A stretch of DNA of 64,000 nt from an uncultured delta proteobacterium (GTDB lineage: Bacteria > Desulfobacterota > RBG-13-43-22): assembly GCA_963711835.1 (NCBI GenBank), contig CAVQFQ010000008.1, forward strand, positions 32,001 to 96,000, given 5' to 3'. Below, one piece after another: positions 28,372-38,370 of the stretch (the stretch's first letter is position 1; each line of letters begins with the position of its first letter). The position numbers and the translations under genes were made by a program. The notes beneath the pieces are model-generated. The model was not told the DNA's origin. It saw only the letters and a list, made by a program, of their open reading frames with translations, and made no database searches.

Positions 28372-30675
28372 CTACGCTTTCTTGATTTTTACACGAGTGG
28401 GCCGGGGGACTTCCAAACCGGTCATCGGATCCACGGTCGTGTCTAACATGGGATATAGATTGGCGCCCCGGTTTTTCAGGGTCGGGTCAAAAGCCTCATG
28501 CCCCAGGCCCAGGGCCGCAAAAATCACCTTGGGCATGGCGCCTTCGAATAAGGCGATCCGGACCTTGGCCTTACCCCGGGCGGATTGAATTTCCACCACC
28601 TCCCCTTCCCGCAAAGAAAGGCTTTTGGCCGTTTCAGGATGGATCTGGGCTACCAGATCATTCCGGGTCAGGGTTTCCTCCCCTAAATATTTGGTCAGGA
28701 AGGGAGGGTTGGCCCAGTAGCCGGCTTGGAGCAGCATAAGGGAGGAAGGCACCAGAAGGAGCGGCGACTCCTCAGGCGATTCGCCGTGGGCCTGAACTGA
28801 TTTATTTTGGCCGGCCTGGAAGACCCCGGCCGGAAAAGCGGCTTTGGTCTTACCTGCTTCACCTTTATCTTCAAGGTGGTACCAGGTTCCCTGAGCCACC
28901 AGTTGTTCCCAAAACTTATCAAAGGATTCGAAAGAGGCCGAATTGTACTTCCCGGCTTCGGGTAACGGTCCATCGGTCAGGCGCCCCTTCTTCATTTCAT
29001 AGACCCCCTTGGCGGCCTGCTTGACCACAGCTTCCATGCTTTCAAAGGGTAAGGCCTCCTGAACCGATCCCCCCAAGGCCTTGGCTAAGGCAATAAAGAC
29101 CTCTCCGGCCGGTCTGGTTTCATGCAGAGGCGGTAGAATGGGTTTGGTAATCCCATAGACCGGGAAGGGAACACCTCGGGAGTTGTACCCGTCATCCCAG
29201 CGCTCCAAAAAGGTCGGGGCCGGCAGGATCAAGTCGGCCAGGGCGGTCGTCTCGTCCATTAAAGACGAGAAACTGACCAGATAAGGTATCTGCTCCAGGG
29301 CCTGCGCAAAATACCCGCCTGTTAGGGAGAAGGCCGGGTTGGCTTCATTGATCAGCAGGATATTCACCGGGTAAGGGGTCTTTAGGGCGGCCTTGGCCAA
29401 AAACTGGTTAAGCAACTGGCCGCTTAAGGGATATTTCTGGGAAGAGGCCCCATCCAGCCGGGCTTGGGAAAGCCCTTTCTCGGCCAGACTATCCAAACCC
29501 AACTTGGGCCATTGGGCAGGAGAAAGTCCCTCCTGGAGATAGACCCCTCCTGGTTTATTGATGGAACCGACCAGGAGATTCAGGGTGTGTACGGCCGCGG
29601 CATCAAATAGAGAACAAGGCAGTTCCCCTTTGCCCTGGCCCCAGACGGCCAAGGGTTGTTTGGCCGAGGCGAAATCCCGGCTTATTTTTAGAATAGTTTC
29701 TTTCGAGAGGCCGGTCAGATGGGACACCTTTTCCGGGGTGTATTCTTTAAGGACCTCCTGCAGACTATCCAGTCCGGAGGTCCGGCCTTGGACGTACTCC
29801 TTGTTATACCAACCCTTTTCAATCATCACCTGGGCCAAGCCTAACGCCAGATGGCCTTCAGTTCCAGGTTTTACGGCAAACCACTCATCCGCCAGAGAGG
29901 CTGTAGTCGAGGCCAGGGAATCGATCTGAACGAGCTTAGCCCGTCCCTGGGCTGGAGTTTTTCGCCACTCCTGATAGGCCTGGGCCACCCAGGTGGGAGT
30001 CCCCCAGCCATCCAGCAGGGCGCTTCCGAAACTCAACAGGTATTGGGCCCGGGGTAAATCATAGGCCAGGCCGGCCCGGAAGCCATGCATGGTTTGGGTC
30101 AGGGATTCTTCCAGGTCAGCCTGCTGGTAGGGGCGGACCACATTGGGTGAGCCATAGGCCTTTACAAACCGGGACATCAGCAGGGCTTGGCTGCCGCTGC
30201 CTTGCCCATCCAGGAGGGCCAGGGTATGGGAGAGATTATTTTGGCGCAGTTCTTTCAAGTGAAGCGTCAATTCTCCCAGGGCTGCCTCCCAGGATAGGGG
30301 TTTCCATTCCCCTTTACCTCGGGCCCCGAACCTTTTTAAGGGCTGTTTGACCCGGATATCCTCATGGTATAAATATTGGAGGCCCGCCAGACCCAAGGGG
30401 CACAGCCCCCCGCGGTTAACCGGATGATTGGGCTGACCCTCAATTTTGATAGCCCTTTTCTTTTCGATCAGCCGGACCCGGATCCCGCAGTTTCCCGGAC
30501 AGAGTTTACAGGTGGAATTCAGGTAGGAGGTCCCGCCTTTTTCAGGGATGGGCGACCAGCGCTGGCTCCATTTGGCCACCTCGTCCATGGGTACCCAGGG
30601 CAGGGGAGAAAAGAGGGTCCCTACGGCCCCTCCGATCGCAAACTTAAGGAAATCTCTTCTATCGACTATTGGCAT
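28372..30675 (-). CDS. qrcB: Menaquinone reductase molybdopterin-oxidoreductase-like subunit QrcB
   Basis: Tat signal DRRDFLK, SPLPW, CKLCPGNCG...LC; located between cytochrome and Fe-S genes. Confidence 0.9.
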   Translation of the reverse strand: MPIVDRRDFLKFAIGGAVGTLFSPLPWVPMDEVAKWSQRWSPIPEKGGTSYLNSTCKLCPGNCGIRVRLIEKKRAIKIEGQPNHPVNRGGLCPLGLAGLQYLYHEDIRVKQPLKRFGARGKGEWKPLSWEAALGELTLHLKELRQNNLSHTLALLDGQGSGSQALLMSRFVKAYGSPNVVRPYQQADLEESLTQTMHGFRAGLAYDLPRAQYLLSFGSALLDGWGTPTWVAQAYQEWRKTPAQGRAKLVQIDSLASTTASLADEWFAVKPGTEGHLALGLAQVMIEKGWYNKEYVQGRTSGLDSLQEVLKEYTPEKVSHLTGLSKETILKISRDFASAKQPLAVWGQGKGELPCSLFDAAAVHTLNLLVGSINKPGGVYLQEGLSPAQWPKLGLDSLAEKGLSQARLDGASSQKYPLSGQLLNQFLAKAALKTPYPVNILLINEANPAFSLTGGYFAQALEQIPYLVSFSSLMDETTALADLILPAPTFLERWDDGYNSRGVPFPVYGITKPILPPLHETRPAGEVFIALAKALGGSVQEALPFESMEAVVKQAAKGVYEMKKGRLTDGPLPEAGKYNSASFESFDKFWEQLVAQGTWYHLEDKGEAGKTKAAFPAGVFQAGQNKSVQAHGESPEESPLLLVPSSLMLLQAGYWANPPFLTKYLGEETLTRNDLVAQIHPETAKSLSLREGEVVEIQSARGKAKVRIALFEGAMPKVIFAALGLGHEAFDPTLKNRGANLYPMLDTTVDPMTGLEVPRPTRVKIKKA

Positions 30676-30743
30676 TTTCCTGTTCCTCGTTTTTTTGCGG
30701 ATAATTTAATGACCTTGATTAGGATGATCCCGGCCGATTCCTT

Positions 30744-31322
30744 TTATTTATGGCAGACAAAACAGGCATTGCTCTTGCCCTTTTTTTCGTGACAGGCTTC
30801 GCAGGTCTCCATCATCATGATTTCCGGGGCATATCCGGAGATCCACTTGTACGTATAAACGGGATTGCGGTCGGTTTTACCGCCCACCGCTTTATGGCAT
30901 TCCTTGCAATCCATTTTAGCCATTTTGACATGAGCGGCATGGGAGAAAAAAACATTATCCGGCTGCTGGGAATAGATCAGCCAGGGGACATTTTTATTTG
31001 CCTTCTTCAGTTTTTCAGCCATCTTTATGAAATCGGCCTCTTCCTTGGAACTGCCCTGAGCCGATTCATGGCATTCCAGACACTTGGCTAAGGCAGGGAT
31101 ACCGGCGTAACTGCCGTCATCCCTGAAAAAGTGGCAGTCCTCGCATTTCACCCCGGCCCCTTCGCCGTGTTTCAGATGACTGAAGTGGACCGGCTGGACC
31201 TTTTTAGAATGAATGAGACCCGGGAAGATAAGCCACCCCAAGATCAGTGAGGCAATCACACCCACCCAAAAAAATATCCATCTGCCTTTGGCCTTACCCT
31301 CTTTTTCCATTTCTTTTTCCAT
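30744..31322 (-). CDS. qrcA: Menaquinone reductase multiheme cytochrome c QrcA
   Basis: N-terminal TM helix; five CxxCH (CEDCH, CLECH, CKECH, CEACH, CFVCH); QPDNVFFSH. Confidence 0.92.
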   Translation of the reverse strand: MEKEMEKEGKAKGRWIFFWVGVIASLILGWLIFPGLIHSKKVQPVHFSHLKHGEGAGVKCEDCHFFRDDGSYAGIPALAKCLECHESAQGSSKEEADFIKMAEKLKKANKNVPWLIYSQQPDNVFFSHAAHVKMAKMDCKECHKAVGGKTDRNPVYTYKWISGYAPEIMMMETCEACHEKKGKSNACFVCHK

Positions 31323-31375
31323 AGACTCCGCCCCGATTGTGATTAGGAAACCTGTGTTTCGTTAGCTCATTCCTC

Positions 31376-31430
31376 AAAAAATAAAAAACCCGACGGGATC
31401 CTTTAGTCGTGGTCTAAAGGTCTCCTCGGG
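31376..31430 (-). terminator. Terminator-like hairpin in qrcA leader
   Basis: Minus strand CCCGAGGAGACCTTTAG...CTAAAGGATCCCGTCGGG then TTTTTTATTTTTT. Confidence 0.6.
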
Positions 31431-31592
31431 CTTCTCCCCTTTTTAAGTCGACCCAAACTGTTTTTTCCCATGGTTTAGACTTAAAAGTTCCCCTTACGGA
31501 TATTTTGAGGCTCCACTACAATAATAAGGGGTTTTTACTTTTTTTTTCGGCCAGTTGTCAAGCAAAATTTTCATTAAAAAAATCGGGATAGG

Positions 31593-31907
31593 CCCAAAGT
31601 TACGTGATTCTCATATCGGAGTGGTAGCTACTTAAAATATTAATTCACCCCAAAGGGCTTCGGGGGTCTTGAATTCAAGGATTGTCCGCCAAAACGCCGG
31701 CAGCCTGAACCCGGGCAGGAAGTTTATAGGTGAGTTTAGAAACAGGCCAGCTCCAAAGTCCCGCCTCGGCGGGATGAATGCCCGGCTCCCAACCAACTTA
31801 GAAATTCGGGCCGGGTTGGGGCTACGGATTACCTTTCGGACAACCTTGAAATCAAGACCCCCGAAGCCCTCGAAGATTGGAGTGCTTAAAAATCACGTAA
31901 CCTTGGG
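31593..31907 (-). repeat. Rod-like palindromic repeat family, copy B
   Basis: 31654-31870 is a near-identical reverse complement of the copy A core; outer IR cccaaagttacgtgatt / aatcacgtaaccttggg. Confidence 0.88.
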
Positions 31908-31967
31908 ACAACTTCTAAAAACAGGCGGACTACCCCCAACCCGGAAGGGTCCGGGTGGTGAGCTGAT

Positions 31968-32645
31968 TCATGGCCGGCAGCTCCGACAGGGACTAAATCC
32001 CAACCAATAAGCCTCTTTCTTGTTGGTAAAGATGACCCGGTTCTTGGCTGAGATGCGCCTTCCATAAGCACAATCCAGCCGGTGAAACTTTCGACTTTTC
32101 CCCTGCCCCCGATAGCCGGGTTCGGTCTCCTGCAAAGCTTTTTGCCAAATCCCCCGTTTCCCCCGGATGGCTTCCTGCTGCGCGGCTAAGAGTTCTCCAA
32201 ATTTTTCCAGGCCCGGGGACTGATATAGGACATGGGCGTAGCCCTCCTTAACCAATTCCCGGTTCACCCAGGTCCCGTCCCGGAGATACACATAAGCCAG
32301 TTCCCGGTTAAAGCGGTCCCTTTTTTCCCCTTCGAACTCAAGCCGGATTTCCTTTCCCAAAACCAGATTACGGTTGAATTGGAAGGCCTCCTGGGCCAGA
32401 AATTCGGCCTTCCCCGGTTTTCCCCGTTCCGGAGCATTGATGCCCAGGTAGCGGACCCGCTCCCCGTTGGGAAGAGAGATGGAATCCCCATCGGCGACGA
32501 AGGCCACCCTGACCCAGGTCTGGGCCTGGACAGGGCCGGGACCGGAACCAAAGAAAAAAGTGGCCAGAAGCGAGGCCAGGAACAGTGCCTGGCATAAAAA
32601 ATCTTTTTTGGTCAGGATATGACGGGGCTCCGAATGCCGGACCAT
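31968..32645 (-). CDS. Exported thermonuclease (SNase) with C-terminal Ada-like metal-binding domain
   Basis: VADGDSI, VRYLGINAPE, DRFNRELAYV; KFHRLDC...PCRSCRP. Confidence 0.88.
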   Translation of the reverse strand: MVRHSEPRHILTKKDFLCQALFLASLLATFFFGSGPGPVQAQTWVRVAFVADGDSISLPNGERVRYLGINAPERGKPGKAEFLAQEAFQFNRNLVLGKEIRLEFEGEKRDRFNRELAYVYLRDGTWVNRELVKEGYAHVLYQSPGLEKFGELLAAQQEAIRGKRGIWQKALQETEPGYRGQGKSRKFHRLDCAYGRRISAKNRVIFTNKKEAYWLGFSPCRSCRP

Positions 32646-32686
32646 GGCGGACAAAAAACCATTTGGTTCGATCTCGCCGCCTTGGA

Positions 32687-33622
32687 TCACAACGATAAAT
32701 GACGGCGAAAATAAGCGATGGTCTCTATTAATCCCTTTTCCAAGGCTACCCGGGGGGTCCAACCCAACTTTTCTCGGGCCAGTCTGATATCCGGTTTTCT
32801 CTGGACCGGATCGTCCTGGGGCAGGGGTTTATAGTTAAGGGACGAGCTGGAACGGGTCAGGCCTTTGACCTGCTCAGCCAGTTCCAGGATGGTGAACTCC
32901 TTGGGGTTCCCTAAGTTGACCGGACCGATGAAAGGCTCCCCTTCCATCAAGGCCATCAGGCCTCGGACCATATCCGAAATAAAACAAAAAGAGCGTGTCT
33001 GACGGCCCCGGCCATAGATCGTAATGGGGTCTCCCCGCAGGGCCTGGACGATAAAATTGCTGACCACCCGGCCGTCATTAACGGCCATCCGTGGGCCGTA
33101 GGTATTGAAGATGCGGGCAATGCGGATATCCACCCCATGCTGGCGATGGTAATCCATCATCAGGGTTTCGGCCACCCGCTTGCCTTCATCATAACAGCCC
33201 CGGGGACCGATACAATTTACATTTCCCCAATAGGTCTCTTTCTGAGGGTGGACCGAGGGGTCGCCATAAACCTCCGAGGTGGAGGCTTGAAGAATGCGGG
33301 CTTTTACCCGCTTGGCCAACCCCAGCATATTCAGGGTCCCCATGACATTGGTCTTAACGGTTTTGACCGGATTGAATTGATAATGAATCGGGGAAGCGGG
33401 GCAGGCCAGGTTATAAATCTGATCGATCTCCAGCGTTATGGGATTAATTAGGTCATGGCGCAGGATCTCGAAATGGGGATTGGCCCGTAGATTGAGAATA
33501 TTTTCTTTTGAGCCGGTGTAATAATTGTCGACACAGATGACATCATGGCCTTGATCCAGCAAGGCTTCACAGAGGTGGCTGCCTATGAAACCCGCCCCAC
33601 CGGTTACCAATATTTTCTTCAT
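32687..33622 (-). CDS. UDP-glucuronate decarboxylase (UXS-like SDR)
   Basis: [48 protein letters not shown]. Confidence 0.93.
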   Translation of the reverse strand: MKKILVTGGAGFIGSHLCEALLDQGHDVICVDNYYTGSKENILNLRANPHFEILRHDLINPITLEIDQIYNLACPASPIHYQFNPVKTVKTNVMGTLNMLGLAKRVKARILQASTSEVYGDPSVHPQKETYWGNVNCIGPRGCYDEGKRVAETLMMDYHRQHGVDIRIARIFNTYGPRMAVNDGRVVSNFIVQALRGDPITIYGRGRQTRSFCFISDMVRGLMALMEGEPFIGPVNLGNPKEFTILELAEQVKGLTRSSSSLNYKPLPQDDPVQRKPDIRLAREKLGWTPRVALEKGLIETIAYFRRHLSL

Positions 33623-33645
33623 GGTCTCTCCTTGTTAGGATCCAT

Positions 33646-33781
33646 AAATCCGAAATTTGAGGTACGAAATCCGAAACAAGCACGAAGGTCAGAAATCCAA
33701 ATGATCAAAACAGGAACGTTTCGAATTTTGAAATTTGGTCTTTTGCATTTGTTTCGAGTTTTGAAATTCGGATTTCGGATT
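33646..33781. repeat. Heptamer-periodic imperfect palindrome (aaatccg/cggattt type)
   Basis: aaatccgaaa...aaatccgaaac on the left arm; ttcggatttcggatt on the right arm. Confidence 0.7.
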
Positions 33782-33948
33782 GCCTTTCCCCTCTTTTGAC
33801 AAAGGGGGGATTTTTCAGATGAGTTAACTTCCGTTTTTCTTATGGCATGGGGAGACCCTTTTGTCAAGGAAAGGCCGTTTTTTGCCCTTTACCCCCTTGG
33901 TATCTTATGTTATTAATCTAAGCCAGAAATAGGAAGAAGGAGGCTGCC

Positions 33949-34293
33949 GTGTTGAAGGAAAAACTTTCTTATCCCCCGATGATCGAAAGCCTGCCCGATA
34001 TTGATATCAATCTGCCCGGGGTGCGGGGTAAACTATTTCAAGGTCCCGGCCTGCAGGCGGTTTTTTTTGAGGTCCGGGACACCGGGTCCATCCCACCCCA
34101 TCACCATGAAGCTCAGTGGGGTGTGATTTTGGAAGGGGAAGCGGACCTGACCATCGATGGGGTGACTGAACGCTATCAGAAGGGCGATTCGTATTATATC
34201 CCGGCCGGTGTGGTCCACTCGACTAAGGTGCGGAGCCCCATGAAAGCCCTGGAGTTTTTTAATGAACCGGAACGCTACCGGCCTAAAAGGTAG
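33949..34293 (+). CDS. Cupin domain protein
   Basis: PPHHHEAQWG, GDSYYIPAGVVH; RBS AGGAGG. Confidence 0.88.
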   Translation: MLKEKLSYPPMIESLPDIDINLPGVRGKLFQGPGLQAVFFEVRDTGSIPPHHHEAQWGVILEGEADLTIDGVTERYQKGDSYYIPAGVVHSTKVRSPMKALEFFNEPERYRPKR

Positions 34294-34371
34294 TCGAACT
34301 TTTAATGATTCTTTATTTGGATTTCGAATTTAGCCAAACACCCAAATCCCACTAAGAAGAAGGGGCATATT

Positions 34372-35553
34372 ATGGCTGTTGCTGAAAAAATAAAAGGCTT
34401 CATGGAAAAATCATCCTGGATCCGAAAGATGTTTGAACAGGGGGCCTTGCTCAAGGCCCAGCACGGCCCTGACCGGGTCTATGATTTCAGCCTGGGCAAT
34501 CCCAATATAGAACCTCCCGAGGCGGTTCATCAGGCCCTCGAAAAAGTCCTTCGGGAGAAGAAAGCAGCCCTTCATGCCTATATGCCCAATGCCGGTTATC
34601 CGGCTACCAGAAAGGCCATAGCCGGCTTTCTCACCCGGGAGCATGGCCTGCCCTTCAGCGAAAGGGAAGTCGTCATGACCTGCGGAGCGGCCGGGGCCCT
34701 CAACGTGGTCCTGAAGGCCCTCTTAAATCCGGGTGACGAACTGATCGTGCTTTCCCCTTATTTTGTGGAATACCTTTTTTACACCGATAACTTCCAAGGT
34801 GTGCCCAAGGTCGTAGCCACTGGGGCCGATTTCCAGCCTGATCTCCAGGCTATTGAGCAGGTTTTGTCCCCCAAGACCAAAGCCATCTTAATTAACTCAC
34901 CGAACAATCCCACCGGAAAGGTCTATGGGGCCTCGGCCATCTCCGGTCTGGCGGAACTGCTTACCCATTACAGCCGGAAATTCGGCCAGTCCATTTATTT
35001 GATATCCGATGAGCCCTACCGAAAAATTATTTACGATCAGGTGGAGGTCCCCAGCATTTTTCAGGCCTACCCGGAAAGCATCCTGGTCACCTCCTATTCC
35101 AAGGATCTCTCCCTGCCGGGGGAACGGATCGGCTATCTGGCCGTTCACCCTCAGGCCCCGGATAAGGGAGAGCTGATCGAGGCCATGACCTTCACCAACC
35201 GGATTTTGGGATTCGTCAACGCCCCGGCTCTGATGCAATGGATCCTGCCGGAACTCCAGGGGTTGACCGTCGAGGTGGCCCTGTATCAGAAGAAACGGGA
35301 TCTTTTTTACCAGGCCCTGACCCGAATGGGCTACGAGTTGGTCAAACCGGAAGGGGCCTTTTATCTCTTCCCGAAATCACCCCTCCCGGATGATGTCGCC
35401 TTTGTCCAGGCCCTACAGGAAGAGTTGATCCTGACCGTCCCCGGAACCGGCTTCGGCGCGCCGGGTTATTTTCGGATCGCCTATTGCGTCCCGGACGCCA
35501 CGATCGAAAATTCCCTGCCCGGGTTTGAGAAGGTCATAAACAAATTTAAATAA
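34372..35553 (+). CDS. Class I PLP aminotransferase (aspartate aminotransferase-like)
   Basis: DFSLGNP, NSPNNPTG, SDEPY, SYSKDLSLPGERIG. Confidence 0.93.
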   Translation: MAVAEKIKGFMEKSSWIRKMFEQGALLKAQHGPDRVYDFSLGNPNIEPPEAVHQALEKVLREKKAALHAYMPNAGYPATRKAIAGFLTREHGLPFSEREVVMTCGAAGALNVVLKALLNPGDELIVLSPYFVEYLFYTDNFQGVPKVVATGADFQPDLQAIEQVLSPKTKAILINSPNNPTGKVYGASAISGLAELLTHYSRKFGQSIYLISDEPYRKIIYDQVEVPSIFQAYPESILVTSYSKDLSLPGERIGYLAVHPQAPDKGELIEAMTFTNRILGFVNAPALMQWILPELQGLTVEVALYQKKRDLFYQALTRMGYELVKPEGAFYLFPKSPLPDDVAFVQALQEELILTVPGTGFGAPGYFRIAYCVPDATIENSLPGFEKVINKFK

Positions 35554-35621
35554 TGAGTTTTCCCTCATCCTGTTAATTTTTGATAAATTAATTTTTCCGA
35601 AGCCCCCATCTCCTATTCACC

Positions 35622-36659
35622 GTGAAAACAATTGCCGTCGCCCTAAGCGGAGGTATTGACAGCGCCTTCAGTGCTTATCGGCTAAAAAAAGAAGGCTACC
35701 GGGTTATCGGACTGCATGCCGATTTCGGTTTGAACCCAACACCTGCCCTTCTCCAGGTAAAAAAAGTCGCCCATTTTTTAAGCCTCCCACTTGAAATCCT
35801 CCCTCTGCAAGAGGCCTTTCAGCAAAAAGTAATCGATTACTTCGTCTCGGAATACCAATCAGGGCGAACGCCCAACCCCTGTGTGGTCTGCAACCGGCAG
35901 ATAAAATTCGACCTGCTTTTTGAAAAAGCCCTTCAATCAGGAGCTGAAGGATTGGCCAGCGGCCATTACGCCCGCATCGTCCCCTGCCCCTGGGGAGACG
36001 GCCGGACGATCGCCCGGGGCCTGGACCTTCAAAAGGATCAATCTTATTTCCTGCACCGTTTGGAGGCTGAAAAACTGGATCGAATTCTCTTTCCCCTGGG
36101 GACCTGGACCAAGGGGCAAGTTCGTTCCGCTGCCCGGGAAATCGGGTTACCTATCTCGCCGCGGGGGGAAAGCCAGGACATCTGTTTCCTCCCCAAAAGC
36201 GGCTACCGGGAATTTTTGATCCAAAGGATCGGCCCCGAAGCATTCAGGAAAGGGGATATGGTTGACCTGGAGGGACGCCTGTTGGGGACCCATCAGGGCC
36301 TGCCGGCCTATACTATCGGCCAGCGAAGGGGTTTGGGACTGCCCTCTTCAGCCCCCTATTATGTCATCGGGATTGATCCTGAAAAAAATCAACTTCGCTT
36401 AGGCCGAAAAAAAGACCTTGAAAAGCCGGACTGCCAAGTAAATGGATTTCATTGGATCTGCCGACCCGATGATCTCGAAGGACTGGAGCTTTCGGTTCAG
36501 ATCCGTTACCGCCATAACCCGGTCCGGGCCAGGATCATTGGCCGGAATAAGGCCATGGTTTCAATCCGATTTCTGGAGGCTCAGAAGGCCGTCACCCCGG
36601 GCCAGGCCGCGGTCCTCTACGTTGACGACCGGGTTTTGGGCGGAGGCTGGATTGTCTAA
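35622..36659 (+). CDS. mnmA: tRNA 2-thiouridine synthase MnmA
   Basis: SGGIDS, TPNPCVVCN, GHYA, KDQSYFL, ESQDICF, TIGQRRG, TPGQ. Confidence 0.96.
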   Translation: MKTIAVALSGGIDSAFSAYRLKKEGYRVIGLHADFGLNPTPALLQVKKVAHFLSLPLEILPLQEAFQQKVIDYFVSEYQSGRTPNPCVVCNRQIKFDLLFEKALQSGAEGLASGHYARIVPCPWGDGRTIARGLDLQKDQSYFLHRLEAEKLDRILFPLGTWTKGQVRSAAREIGLPISPRGESQDICFLPKSGYREFLIQRIGPEAFRKGDMVDLEGRLLGTHQGLPAYTIGQRRGLGLPSSAPYYVIGIDPEKNQLRLGRKKDLEKPDCQVNGFHWICRPDDLEGLELSVQIRYRHNPVRARIIGRNKAMVSIRFLEAQKAVTPGQAAVLYVDDRVLGGGWIV

Positions 36660-37974
36660 AATCGATAACCCCTCCCGGCCGCGTCTGGCCATTCATACCC
36701 TGGGTTGTAAAGTCAACCAGTTTGAATCCGCCTGCCTGGTAGGGCAATTTCAGGCCAAGAACTGGCTAACGGTGCCTTTCAAGGACCAAGCCGAACTTTT
36801 TTTAATCAACACCTGCGCGGTTACGGCCGAAGCCCAAAGGCAATCCACCCAAATAGTCAGGCAGGCCATCCGCCGCCATTCCCAGGCCCTGATCATCGTT
36901 ACCGGTTGTGTGGCCCAATTATTTCCCCAGGTTTTTGAAGAAATCCCCGGTGTAGATTACATCGTGGGGACCTTCAATAAATTTTCGATACCGGACCTTA
37001 TTTCGTCTCTAACCAAGGAGGAATACGCCCGGACAGCCATCCTTCCGGAACCGCCCGGCCCTCTCCTTCAAGGGGCCTTTCCCTTAGATTATAATCGGAC
37101 CCGGGCCTTTTTGCGCATTCAGGACGGATGCAACGCAGGCTGCAGCTACTGCCTGGTTCCTCAGGCTCGGGGGTCTTCCAGGAGCGTGGCCCGGGAGGAG
37201 GTGCACAGGGGCATAAGAGCCCTAGCCGGCCAAGGCTTTAAAGAAGTGATCCTGACCGGGATTCACCTGGGACAATACGGACAGGACCTATCCCCGGCCA
37301 CGGATTTGGTTTCGCTGCTGGCGAGCCTCCTCGAAGAAAGGCCGGAAATTGCATTTCGCTTAAGCTCCCTGGAAGCGCAGGAAGTTTCCCCGGAATTGAT
37401 GGCCTTATTCAAAAGCCGGCCCAACCTCTGCCCCCATTTCCATATCCCTCTGCAAAGCGGCGATGATTTCCTGCTCCGGAGGATGAACCGCCGCTATACC
37501 CGGGAAGAATACCGCCACCTGATTCAGGCCCTCAACCGGGAATTGCCCCGGGCCTCCATCGGGACGGATATTATCGTCGGCTTTCCGGGTGAAGATGAAC
37601 AAGCCTTCCGGCAGACCCTTGACCTGGTCCGGGACCTGCCTCTTTCCTATCTGCATCTCTTCCCTTATTCCCCCCGTCCCGGGACCTTGGCGGCCCTTAT
37701 CCAGGATCAGGTCCCCGAGCCCCTGAAGAAAAAACGGCTCGAGATGTTGAGGGAAATCGACCGGCTGAAGCGGCAAGAGTTTGCCGCTCAGGCCTTAGGG
37801 CAGGTCTTTTCGGCCTTGGTTCTGAAACCCTTGAAAGAAAAAGGGTGGTATGAAACGTTAACAGAAAATTATTTGACGGTCCGGGTTGAAGGAAACCTGA
37901 GAAGGAATGACCGCGTCCGGATCCGCCTGACTGCGGTCGGACCCCAGGGAATCCGGGGGGATTTGGCCGCCTGA
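36652..37974 (+). CDS. mtaB: tRNA t6A37 methylthiotransferase MtaB
   Basis: TLGCKVNQFES, NTCAVT, IQDGCNAGCSYC, LTGIHLG; TTG start at 36652 with GGAGG. Confidence 0.9.
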   Translation: MSKIDNPSRPRLAIHTLGCKVNQFESACLVGQFQAKNWLTVPFKDQAELFLINTCAVTAEAQRQSTQIVRQAIRRHSQALIIVTGCVAQLFPQVFEEIPGVDYIVGTFNKFSIPDLISSLTKEEYARTAILPEPPGPLLQGAFPLDYNRTRAFLRIQDGCNAGCSYCLVPQARGSSRSVAREEVHRGIRALAGQGFKEVILTGIHLGQYGQDLSPATDLVSLLASLLEERPEIAFRLSSLEAQEVSPELMALFKSRPNLCPHFHIPLQSGDDFLLRRMNRRYTREEYRHLIQALNRELPRASIGTDIIVGFPGEDEQAFRQTLDLVRDLPLSYLHLFPYSPRPGTLAALIQDQVPEPLKKKRLEMLREIDRLKRQEFAAQALGQVFSALVLKPLKEKGWYETLTENYLTVRVEGNLRRNDRVRIRLTAVGPQGIRGDLAA

Positions 37975-38290
37975 ATTTTTTGGTAACGTTCAAAAGTTGA
38001 GGCCTTACGGTTCTCCCGTAGAGGGGTCCGATGGTCTTGATTTCAAGGTTGTCCAAAGGGCAACCCATCGCCCAAATCCGGCCCAAACCTTAAAGTTAAT
38101 TCGGTGCCGGGCATACACCCAAGACGATAAACAGCTTTGGTGTTGGCCTGTTTCTGGACTACCTTATAAACTTCCTGCCCGGGTTCAAGCTATCTGTGTT
38201 TTGGTGGACAATCCTTGAAATCAAGACCATCGGACCCCTTTTCAGGGTGAGATAACTTTTGCCTCAACTTTTGAACAGTACCAATTTTTT
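37975..38290 (+). repeat. Rod-like palindromic repeat family, copy C
   Basis: Outer IR ttggtaacgttcaaaagttgaggc / gcctcaacttttgaacagtaccaa; inner IR aggggtccgatggtcttgatttcaagg / ccttgaaatcaagaccatcggacccct. Confidence 0.88.
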
Positions 38291-38370
38291 AAAGTTTCGG
38301 CTTCAATCTATGCTATAGTGCCTCTACAGTGTAAACATCTAAGGCAACCCAACTATTTCTATGGGGAGGT

